Source: Schmidtea nova (Eukaryota). From it: a DNA stretch of 64,000 bases. Position 1 is the stretch's first letter. Each line of letters starts with the position of its first letter. Both the position numbers and the translations under genes were made by a program. Below are positions 41,233 to 52,102 of this stretch, in pieces. The notes below the pieces were generated by a model, which was given only the letters and a program-made list of their open reading frames with translations, was not told where the DNA came from and ran no database searches. The DNA lies in assembly GCA_044892505.1 (NCBI GenBank), contig CM097882.1:53320001-53384000 (forward strand). The letters are read 5' to 3'.

Positions 41233-41527
41233 TTACGTATTTACATTCTATGGATGTTCGTCCCCCAATGACTTCTGCGTTACGTGTCCTTATGATATAT
41301 CGTCTACTTTCTCTTAATGTTCGCATTTTTCTCTCCTTAGTCGCTCTACGAGCCTATGAAGCAATCGCTGCGAGGTAACGGTCGGTTGAGATTTTATGAC
41401 GAGATTTGTTATTTCTACGATTTAATTGGGTTGTTTATTTTATTAAGTAAAATCATACGATGAGAGATAACATTTACAAAACATTTTTATTTAAATGAAA
41501 ACATTTTATTTATTTATCGTCGATATG

Positions 41528-42114
41528 TCATTGTACGAATTCCAGCCGGATTTCCTGGATTAATTCCTCCTCTGTCAACGTATTAAGTTGGTCGATTTGC
41601 TCGTCCAGTCGTCTAGCGAATTCTCGACGACGACGACGTTGCCGCGATCCCATTCGGTGTTTTCGTTGCGGTGGACTGATCATGGGTGCAGGAATTGTTG
41701 GTTTAGGCCGGTTTTGGTGAGGAGTCGGCAAATCTTCTGCGACCAGGGCTGGAGCCACGAAAATTCTCTCTTCGTCTCGCAAGCGACGTCTTGGTAGGCA
41801 CTCTGAGTCCATCGTTGGGCTGTGATCGGTCGTATCAATGCTCGTAGCTCCGAATCGATGTAACTCTTGGTTACCGCATTCAAGCAGTTACGCAATTCTC
41901 TCTGAACTGCATCGAGCTCCATTTTGGTTTCGGCTAGTGCTTCCTGCACACGCTCCAATTTTTGTGATTGTTTCTTCATTTGGTCTGGTGAAAACCACCT
42001 CGCTTTCAATTCGTCGTTGGCTACCGTGAGCCGTTTGATTTGCCGTTGTTGATCTCTCAACTTCCGGTCTTGTATTTGATTTATCGCTTTCTTGGAGGTT
42101 TCCGTAGTGAACAT
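41528..42114 (-). pseudogene. Orphan ORF2: coiled-coil N-terminus plus Pro/Arg-rich C-terminus, one frameshift near 41810
   Basis: ATG at 42114. ORFs 41680-42114 and 41528-41812 overlap in adjacent frames. Intronless, visibly GC-richer than host exons. RKHRMGSRQRRRRREF motif. Confidence 0.5.
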
Positions 42115-42452
42115 GCTATCTAAACGTTACAATATTTAATTCACAAGTGATTCTATCGACAACATTATTCGAACGAAACGACTATTATTTTTAATGAATG
42201 AGTTGTATCCTAACGGTTTTAAATATAGTAGTTTCACAAAGGTTTATTTAACTGTTTCCTTACTGTTAAAAGAATTTTCCTAATGACGATAAATATTCTA
42301 ATGTACACGATTACAACGATAGATTTTGATTAAAAATGTTTCTAACTATAGTTCACCTCTACTACGGAACGAAATGAAACGCTAGATGGTACTAAACATT
42401 TATTACATTAAAATCGGTGATAACACAACATTGGGGATGAATTCGTCAATAA

Positions 42453-42978
42453 TCAATCTTCGGCCCTCTTCCCTCGATATGAGAATATCGAGCGGATTTG
42501 TAGGTTTGTGTTGATGTTCGTTGGGGTGGACTGAGCCTGTTGGAACCGAGCCTTCTCTGCTTCCCGAAGGGGTCGGATTGCAGTGTTAAAAATAAACCCC
42601 AATTCCTTGAACGTGGATGCCGGGATGTATCCCCAGTAGATAACACAATTCGGGAACCCTTGTTGATCCGACATTAAGATGAACCATTCGGCGTGCCATA
42701 GTTCGAATTCTTCCTCTGGGATGATCGGCCCAGTTGGCACAGCCTCGGTACCACACGTGATGACGTGGGTGGTCCCATACCGTAAAGGGACATGCTGTCT
42801 CCAACTCTCGGCGCCATGCCCACATTTTTTGGTGCATCTGTTGTAGGATTTCGAATGGAGCGGGTTTTAATGGGCTTATTCGGACCCGATTTCGACTCAG
42901 CGAACCCCGTTTCCAGCCCCACTGGTTCTCGTTTTTGATGGTCCTTCGTTTTCGGTAGGTTAAACTCTGCTTTGACAT
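42453..42978 (-). pseudogene. Orphan ORF1: Trp/Arg-rich protein, one probable frameshift near 42740
   Basis: ATG at 42978. ORFs 42586-42978 and 42453-42740 overlap. Intronless and GC-richer. No family recognised. Confidence 0.45.
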
Positions 42979-45149
42979 TTCTCTATAATGATTATAACTT
43001 TATAATAGTTAATAGATTGATTCATAGGTTAATTATGGTAGATATGATCTCTCATCGTACTGATTATATTATTTGTCTCCCCTTTTAGGCCCTGACCTGA
43101 ATATGTGAGAAAAACTATTCATCTTAGTGATATATGTTACCCTCATGTCGGCTGAGGTCTACCTATTACGGTGGGATTTACAGTGAACCTTTTAATAAAA
43201 ATTCGATTGGTAAGTAATTTGTGTTGATAACGACAACATTGTTGTGAAAAAACTCCTTCTCGTTGTGCCCCTCTTAGTTGTCACAAATCACCCCTTTTTG
43301 AGTACAAAGTGGTTGAAATAATCTCTCAGGGTTTGTTGGGTGTCCCATGTGCAAATTCTGTTCAGAAGAAAAAAAAATCATATTTTGTTATTTATTACTT
43401 TACCGTGTGTGGAGCCCTCGAGCACCACGCCACGGACTGACACCTTGGGAACCTAAAGCTCCCAGTCAGCGCACTGAATTTAATATATCAAAATATTGTA
43501 TCATATTAATAATTAGTCATAACAAAATTTATAACAATCAAAGATTTAATAATTTATAACATAAAATGAAAACATAGCAAAAAAACATAGCAAAAAAACA
43601 TAGCAAAATCATAGACAATACATATAACAATGAATAAAAATTTACCGAGTATTTCTGAAAAATTGAACCGGTCGGTCAAAGTGAAATTCGCGCAAATTGA
43701 TCAGTTAAATTCGGTAATATTATAACAGTCTGAAGTCTAAAAGCTCTGTCAGTCTAGTGTAAATTAAATTCTGTTAGCTCAAATTAGTCTCAACTTTAGT
43801 CTGAACTTAGTCTTAGTCTAATTCTAGTGAATTCTGGTTTTATGTAAAATCTGATCAGTATTTATACTGATCAGTCGGGTCTAGACTGACCAATCAGGTT
43901 TGGCCAATTTCATGGTGGGTTTGATTATTATTTTGTTGATCCAATTAATTTTTATTTTTTAGATGGGATTCTTTCTCGGTGGTCTGGTTTTAAAAACAAT
44001 TATTCAATGAAAAGTACTATTATTTTGTTTTAATCATTTATATTTTATTTATTTTAGGTGTCCCTTGGGCCATTTATTGGTTACATTATTGCTAATTCAT
44101 TTATTTTTATCTATAATCTATTTCTTAATTTGTTTCTATTTTATCTAAATTGTTTTGTTCTCTAAAATTACTGTTTCTCCTTTTTTTCTTATATTTTCTA
44201 TTTTTCTTTTAATTATTATATGTTTATTTTACTTTTTCCTNNNNNNNNNNNNNNNNNNNNNNNNNNNNNNNNNNNNNNNNNNNNNNNNNNNNNNNNNNNN
44301 NNNNNNNNNNNNNNNNNNNNNNNNNNNNNNNNNNNNNNNNNNNNNNNNNNNNNNNNNNNNNNNNNNNNNNNNNNNNNNNNNNNNNNNCTGTTAACTTGCA
44401 ATATCGTTGTTTAAATAAGGTATGTAATTATATTTGCACACCATCAACCTTATTAGCTTTTGATATACATAATTTTAAATATTTTGAGCCTTGTTTGTTA
44501 TGACCATGAAAAAACCTTTTCAATTATATATAATTTGTTTGAAAAAATTTGAACTTTTTTTTGTTTCAAAATTTTATTTTTCAATCACACACCTTCAAAA
44601 ATAAGACCACAGTGTGCAGTTCACAAAGGCCTTTCGAATGATACCAATTTTTACCTTGGTACGTTAAATTTTTAACATTATGTTATTTTATTTTGAAATG
44701 AGTCATCGATTAAGTCATAAAATTCAAATTTGAAATTAGACATCAATGCATCATAGGACGAATCATCGATGTATCATAACGTTGAGTCTTGAAAATGATG
44801 AGTTATCGATGAGTAATCAATTAAAACTATTTAAAAATATAAAAATTAAAAAAAACATTTTAATCAGTCATAAGTGAGTCATCAATGAGTCAGACAATCA
44901 AAAATTTTTTAAAAATAATCAAAATTAAAAATAATTTTCGAGTCATCGATGCGTCATAAAATAATGTAGAAAATAATAGATTAAAAAAAGGTTTAAAAAA
45001 GGTAAAAAAGGGTGAAAAAAGATTGAAAATTTTTTTGACCCCCTATCTCCGCTAAAAACCCCCAGAGGGGGTATGTCTTTGTTAAAAAATATTTTGCGCC
45101 CACGCATGTCTTTGTTCTTGGCTCCACACATCTACCTACTACCGTTCTT

Positions 45150-48094
45150 CAAGTGGAACTTTCTTACATCAATTTACATGAATGACAATCGTACCAGCCT
45201 TTTTATTATTTTGTTGACGCAAATTAAAATTCGTTTCTGTTGCTTCACATTGACAACCATTCTGCTGGCTCTAGTTTATTTATATAACCCAAGTCTCCAG
45301 GTGTAATATCATGTGCATGTTCACTTTTTTCGTAGCATTCTTAATATGTGTCTTGGTTATGTCTAATTTAAATCCAGCGTGGATCCATACTGATTGCAGT
45401 CTTTCCTCCGTTTATAAAAGTTATCCTCTTTGCCAAATTTACGCACTACTTCTGGAAGTCTGGTTTTCACTTCCTCTACCATCCCTTTCAATTCCTCTTC
45501 CGTTTTTATCTCTATCTTTAGAACTGGATATACGACTTTGACTAAATTTCTTATTACATCACTTGTTTCATCAACTTCCCGCTCAAATTTTAATAAATTT
45601 TTCTTTGTCTCATATAATGTTTTAGGTTTCATATTCTCATTTTTTTATTTCTTCTTTTTCAACATTCGTCTCTTCAGTAAAAACATCAGATAGCTCCTTT
45701 AGTATTTCCATCGGATCATTTTTTATAATTTCACAGTTACTCATCATACTGGCTATCTGTAATTCATTTGTTTCCTGGTGTGAAACCAGGAAATTAATAT
45801 ATTCATTATTTTTTAAATCTATATTTTTAAACTTTAATTAGACCACGCAGCCTTCACATTTCTCTCTTAGTCTCCTTTTTAAATCTTTTACGCAATCATA
45901 TGTTTCACTACGACAAGTAATCACCTTTTTATCAATTTCATTAACAACATCAATAAAAATAAAGTCTAACCACTTATTTTCCCGAACAGAATTTCCGAAT
46001 TCTCTCATCAATTCTTTAATTTCATCTCTATTTGTTACATTTATACGATAATAATTAGCACACAAATTAATCACGCCTTTCACTTTCCTCATACTCAACT
46101 AAATTTGACTCTAGATTTTTATCAATACAAACATTTTAGATGATTCTTCCACACTAGCTTCTAGTAATTTCTCAAGTCTTTTCATCATCAATGTAGCTTT
46201 TTCACTTTCCAGATCGTCCGTTGTACTCATGATTTTCGTTTCCGTTTATGCCATGTCTTGCTGCGATCCATAGATCATGTGATTATCCAATTCATCATCG
46301 GATTCGAAGTTGGACATTACACGATCCAAACGTCGACCCATTTCTTTCACTTGATTTGCAATCCTTTCATTGAAATCATCTGATTGAACATAAGCAACAT
46401 TGTCTGTCCGCATTTTATCATTTTGGAATCTAATTGATTTTTCTTCAATATAGGTTTCTGAAATTTGTCGATATTTCTCGGGCATGATCTAGCCATGTGT
46501 CCAGAGCCTCTACATGACTGGCATTGAAATTGGCCTTGGTTTTCTCTATCTCTTTGTGGGGATGGTGAAGTTGATGGAGACTTCGATCTAGCAAAACAGT
46601 TCCGTGAGACATGTCCTTTCCTTCCACAATTGTAGCATTACACATTATCATTAGTTCGCTGATCCATAATATTTATTTTATTAAAACTTTTCTTAACATT
46701 GTCCTTCAACCAATCTAGCCACATTTGTTTTGGGCTTCGTTTAACATTATCTTTAGATTAGCATTGATTGCTGTTGTGCCCCATCCTTTGACAATAATCA
46801 CACTGGATTGAAGTTGGACTATTTGGAGATATATTTTGAACTAACATTCATTATCATGAGGTCCTATCCGTTGACAATTGCTGCATTGAATTGGCCTCTC
46901 TTTTTCATCAATTTGATGATTTGTTGATTTATTCGACTCAAATCTTTGTCTAAACGACAACTTGCATAGTCATTGCCATTTCCATTTCTTGTGGACATGG
47001 GCGTGTCTTCATGACCGTTTGAGTTACTAATTTTGCTTTCTGGTTGTTTGTTACTTCTTAATTCGTAAAATGGTCGATTTAAAAAAACTTTTACTCTTCT
47101 GAATTTTAATATATCAGTTAGAAAATTTACCTTTTATTTTAATTTTTGACAATAAAATTTTTCCACAAATTTCCAAAAAACATTTATCAATTTTTTGATT
47201 TAATTTACCGGCTCCGTTCACGTCTGAATTTAATAAATTTTCTCGATTAATTAATTTTCAACAATATGCCACCCACTTTTAATCAATTTGCACAAATTCA
47301 CACCTTTTTAAATTTCACAAATAATTTTAAATTTCTCTTTAAACGACTTTTACCGACTCCAATCACGTCAAAATTCTACAGCAACTTTAAATTTCTTTTC
47401 AACAATTGACAATAAGAATTTACTCTTCACCGACTTTGATCACGTCTAGCTCACTAAATATGTTGGGTTATTAATGAATAGTAAGTTAGTATCTGACTCC
47501 TGTGTTCCTTTTTTTAACAATAAATCAGACCCAACACAATAATTTTTTTTTCTCTAATTCAATCACAAAGATATCAATCACAAAAGTTATAACTGTTATC
47601 TGCACTCTTCTGCGTAACGGTAGAAGACCCAATGGGAGATCTCCCTTTTTGATACGCAAGAAGATTGAGTAAATTTGAATTCTACCTTTAGTTTCCTCCT
47701 CTCGCTTTCAATAGTTTGCTCAATTTGCAATTTCAAAATTAGTCTTTGATCACTCTGGCAATTTCGGCAAGTTACTCTCAGTTTATATAGTGCCTTGTCG
47801 CTAGGTCCTGTCGCGCCTTAATTGATCTGTCAAAGGATTAATTAAATTGGGAGTTTTAGTTAAGTGGGTTTGCGGCTTTTCCTTGGGGCACCCTTCAATT
47901 CGTCAAATTATTTTTCCTAATTAATAGATTTGTTGATGCCCCGGGTTTCCAATTAGCCCGGGTTTTTTATAAGGTAATTAAATTAATTAATATTTTATTA
48001 ATTAATTTGTATTTTCTTAATATTTCTTTCTAGGGGCTCCTTTTAATTTTATATACACATTTTTGAATTTGTCTCATCATTTGGCATCCTCCCA
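45150..48094 (-). mobile_element. 5' portion of an LTR retroelement: LTR, PBS and decayed gag-like region
   Basis: LTR 48094->47461 (634 bp, TG...CCCAACA). PBS-like TAGTGAGCTAGACGTGAT at 47456-47439 (14/18 to the tRNA-Trp complement TGGTGACCCCGACGTGAT). Knuckles CDYCQRMGHNSNQC (46802-46761) and CYNCGRKGHVSRNC (46637-46596), followed by broken helical ORFs. Confidence 0.75.
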
Positions 48095-48258
48095 TACCAG
48101 TTTCCCCCTCTAAATCTTTATTTTTGAATTTTATAATTTTTTTAATAAATGCTTGCACTTTAATTACTATTTTTCCAATTTTGTATTTTTTATTAATTTG
48201 CGTATGTACTTAATAACAAAAAAACTTTCGATCTAGTCTTACAAAAATTATTGAGATT

Positions 48259-48912
48259 GATGCATGCTGAAATTAATGGATTTAAAAAATTTTTAAATTA
48301 AATCGATGCCACGAATTACAAAGCAATACACTATCATACCCGACGCCTGTGTTTTAACGGTGCATGAGATACGCGAATTGAAAATCAATGAAACTTACTT
48401 ATACATGCAACTAGAATTTGATAATGGAAAACGTAAATTGTGGTACACGCATAATCACTGATTAATGGAGAGCTTATGGAGCTGCCATATGGAATTTGCA
48501 GTATTTTGAACATGAAATAATCAATCACAGCATCCATTTTGTTGATCCGGAAAATTCGGATATTAACACAGTCGATTGAGAGTTTGTGGTCACATGCAAA
48601 ATATGCACTAAGGAAAAATAACGGAATCAATAAGGAGAAAGAGTTTGATCACTTGATTAAATTCATGTGGGAGCGTGGCGTTGAGAAGTATAAAAGATTC
48701 AACGAAATAGTATTGATGTTTTCATCACTGCATTATTAGTAAAAAGTGGAATAAATATGTTAAAAATTTGTGTATGAATCTTTTATGCTGATAAAAAGAT
48801 TTTTTTGTATTACCATGTATCATTTATAAACTTAGTGTTTTATTTTTATTTTTAAATTAAAATTTTTTAAATCCATTAATTTATTTTAAATCCATTAATT
48901 TCAACATGCACT
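48259..48912 (+). mobile_element. Non-autonomous Merlin (IS1595/ISXO2-like) DNA transposon
   Basis: ~28-bp TIR (G)TGCATGCTGAAATTAATGGATTTAAAA. Perfect 8-bp TSD TTGAGATT (48251-58, 48913-20). Transposase C-terminal remnant GTRIITD*WRAY...INHSIHFVDPEN...QSIESLWSHAK. Confidence 0.9.
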
Positions 48913-49568
48913 TTGAGATTTATTGAATAAAAAAAGACGTTAAATGTGAAACCAAAAATCAAGCATCATAATTATATTTATTTAAACAATACACCAACAG
49001 TCTGTAATTAAGGGTCACAAAAACATTTATTACAAGTAGTTTGTGAGTAATAGCTATTTATTATAAGTTTTTAAACATATTTTAAAGCTATTTTAGCATA
49101 TTTTATATTTATTTAATATNNNNNNNNNNNNNNNNNNNNNNNNNNNNNNNNNNNNNNNNNNNNNNNNNNNNNNNNNNNNNNNNNNNNNNNNNNNNNNNNN
49201 NNNNNNNNNNNNNNNNNNNNNNNNNNNNNNNNNNNNNNNNNNNNNNNNNNNNNNNNNNNNNNNNNNNNNNNNNNNNNNNNNNNNNNNNNNNNNNNNNNNN
49301 NNNNNNNACTGAAAATATATATACGGAAAAAAGTAAGTCATTATAAATTTTATTTGTAATAATTGTGTTCCTTTTTCTTCTGATATGTTTTATGGCTCTT
49401 TTCCCTGTTATAAGAAGTCCGATTTTCCCCTTCGACACTATGTTTCAGATACCTTTAGGTTCAAAACCCATTTAACGGTCAAGGTCTTAATAATCTTTAC
49501 CCCGTTCCACTATTTCAATCAATAACATTTTGCCATGGTTTGTATATCTATGAAAATTTAAGTGTTGA

Positions 49569-50945
49569 TGTTATGGGTTGTTATGAAATTTATTATTATT
49601 CAATAGGGATTATTGCGACTCACACCCTATTATAAAATGTCAACTACCTCGCTCGTATACCCATAGTTACTCCTTAACTAACTATTTTGATACTGTACAC
49701 AGTGGCGAGAATCTAATGAACAGGTGAGCTTCGCTACCAAAACTACTCCTCACTATATTATCTCTTTCGGTACCTGCTGCCGATAGAAGGACTCACCCGG
49801 CTTTACGGTCCTGTCACATGATTTAATTCTTATTTTTCTATCACTTTATTCTATCTTAGGTCTACGCTTGCTCACTCTCAAAAATATACCAATAACCCCC
49901 CTCCCCCTTAACCTCCTCTGGGTTCCTTTACAATTATGTCCTAAGCTACTTTTACAAATCGTCCAAATTTCATAATCAAAAAATTTTAGTTTGTTCTCAC
50001 CACGCTCGCGGAACTCCAAAGAATCCCTAACAGTGTGGCTATCACCCTCATGGCATTACGCCACGAGGACGCATCTATTTATTTTATGAGCAGAGTTTTA
50101 ATAGGTAATCATGATAATAACAAAATGCATTTTCAAATATTTATTAACGAACAAATTGATAATTCCTATCATAATACTTTCAAAACCAGTTAAATAACAA
50201 AGCATAAAACTTAAGTATCAGATTTCTTTACTGAACAAATTCAATCAACTCTGGTGTTGGCTGGTGGAATCAAATTAAACAAAATTATCTGTCCACAAAT
50301 TTTTAGTTTTAAAAAATGTTTTGGTATGATATTTCAACGCCTATATATACTATTTTTGAGTGGCTGTGTGTCTAGTACCGATACGTGTTTGTTACATAAA
50401 TGTTAGCAAAACTGTAGTTGTATGTGTCGAATTTTCACTCAATTTTCTATCCCTTTACCGACTCCCAACACCAGTCACTCGGACACTACATGTAAGCTCG
50501 TATATTGACTCTGTCGAGACTACATGAACGTATTTTCCAAAATATTTTTCTTTTACTATTTTTAATACACATTTCTATCATCATTAAATGTTCACTAAAC
50601 CAGCTAGTGGTAAGTCTAAAAATTTTAAATAATTATCAATCACAAATCACGTGGCCACCCATCGATTCTCTCATTTTCACACGGTGAAAAACCAACAAAA
50701 CCAAACCACCACCAATTAACTCATGTCAACTGTCGATGAATTGCGAATTGTGACAACGCAAATTCAGAGTCACGTAAATTCAATTCAATTTCATTTATTT
50801 ATTTATAAAAATTGTTTTATTTTATCTTTAATTCAAGTTTGTTTACAAAATTTTGTTAATTCTATTTATTTTCAAAATTTATTTTTCTTAACTGTACTAA
50901 ATTATGTGTCTATTAATAATTTATTTTCTCTGTTTTTCGATTCCA
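49569..50945 (-). mobile_element. LTR-like non-coding element copy C
   Basis: Collinear homology to copy A: GAAAAACAG..AAATAAATTATT..TAGACACATAAT, GTCTCGACAGAGT...TGTCCGAGYGACTGGTGTTGGG, TATA block, GATTCCRCCAGCCA, structured block. Ends CCCATAACA. The 5' end is replaced by the 310-bp array. Confidence 0.7.
49654..49792 (-). ncRNA. Conserved structured RNA domain (copy C, most diverged)
   Basis: Stem ATAGTTA/TAACTAT replaces TTGACTA/TAGTCAA of copies A and B at the same position. Confidence 0.65.
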
Positions 50946-52079
50946 CCTTTGGTGTATAAATCTTCTGTATTTCTAAAAATATTTTTTTAATATAAATGTA
51001 TATTTCTCCTCTTCTAAAATGTCTTTATAAATAATTTCACTTATATTTGTCTATGTATTTGTATTTTCTATTATAGGATTTTTGTGTTTTTTGAGATAAT
51101 TTGCTTTTCTCTTCTATAGTATAGGCCCGTAATTTATTACTTTGCTTTTAGTTTTTGTTCTTTTCTGCACTAGTTGTGTATATTTGTTTTATGTATAATT
51201 TAGATTGTTATTATAGATACATTAATTGTTGCCTGCTTGGCTCTTAATTTATGTCCTTTGGTGTATAAATCTTCTGTATTTCTAAAAATATTTTTTTAAT
51301 ATAAATGTATATTTCTCCTCTTCTAAAAATGTCTTTATAAATAATTTCACTTATATTTGTCTATGTATTTGTATTTTCTATTATAGGATTTTTGTGTTTT
51401 TTGAGATAATTTGCTTTTCTCTTCTATAGTATAGGCCCGTAATTTATTACTTTGATTTTAGTTTTTGTTCTTTTCTGCACTAGTTGTGTATATTTGTTTT
51501 ATGTATAATTTAGATTGTTATTATAGATACATTAATTGTTGCCTGCCTGGCTCTTAATTTATGTCCTTTGTGTTTTTTGAGATAATTTGCTTTTCTCTTC
51601 TATAGTATTACTTTGCTTTTAGTTTTTGTTCTTTTCTGCACTAGTTGTGTATATTTGTTTTATGTATAATTTAGATTGTTATTATAGATACATTAATTGT
51701 TGCCTGCCTGGCTCTTAATTTATGTCCTTTGGTGTATAAATCTTCTGAATTTCTAAAAATATTTTTTTAATATAAATGGATATTTCTCCTAGATCCTCTC
51801 CTATAAATGGCATAGTTTATTCCGACGAAACTTCTAAAATGTCTTTATAAATAATTTCACTTATATTTGTATTTTCTATTATAGGATTTTTGTGTTTTTT
51901 GAGATAATTTGCTTTTCTCTTCTATAGTATAGGCCTGTAATTTATTACTTTGCTTTTAGGTTTTGTTCTTTTCTGCACTAGTTGTGTATATTTGTTTTAT
52001 GTATAATTTAGATTGTTATTATAGATACATTAATTGTTGCCTGCCTGGCTCTTAATTTATGTCCTTTGGTGTATAAATC
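50946..52079. repeat. Tandem array, ~310-bp unit, ~4 units
   Basis: Unit start CCTTTG recurs at ~50946, 51255, 51565, 51726 and 52063 (spacings 309, 310, 161, 337). Confidence 0.95.
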
Positions 52080-52102
52080 AAAAAATAAACAAACAAAAAA
52101 AT

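Larger units (their letters stand above)
40998..43480 (-). mobile_element. LTR-like element copy B carrying two orphan ORFs
   Basis: Ends ...CCACAATCCCAACA at 40998. Structured block 41097-41232, plus block 43395-43465 (TGGGAGCT...GGCTCCACACACGGT) and TGCACATGGG shared with copy A. 5' boundary not resolved. Confidence 0.65.

Noticed and set aside
41120-41326. 68-aa ORF overlapping the structured domain of copy B
   Set aside because: The frame is broken by stops and indels in copies A and C while base pairing is preserved, so the constraint is on RNA structure, not protein.
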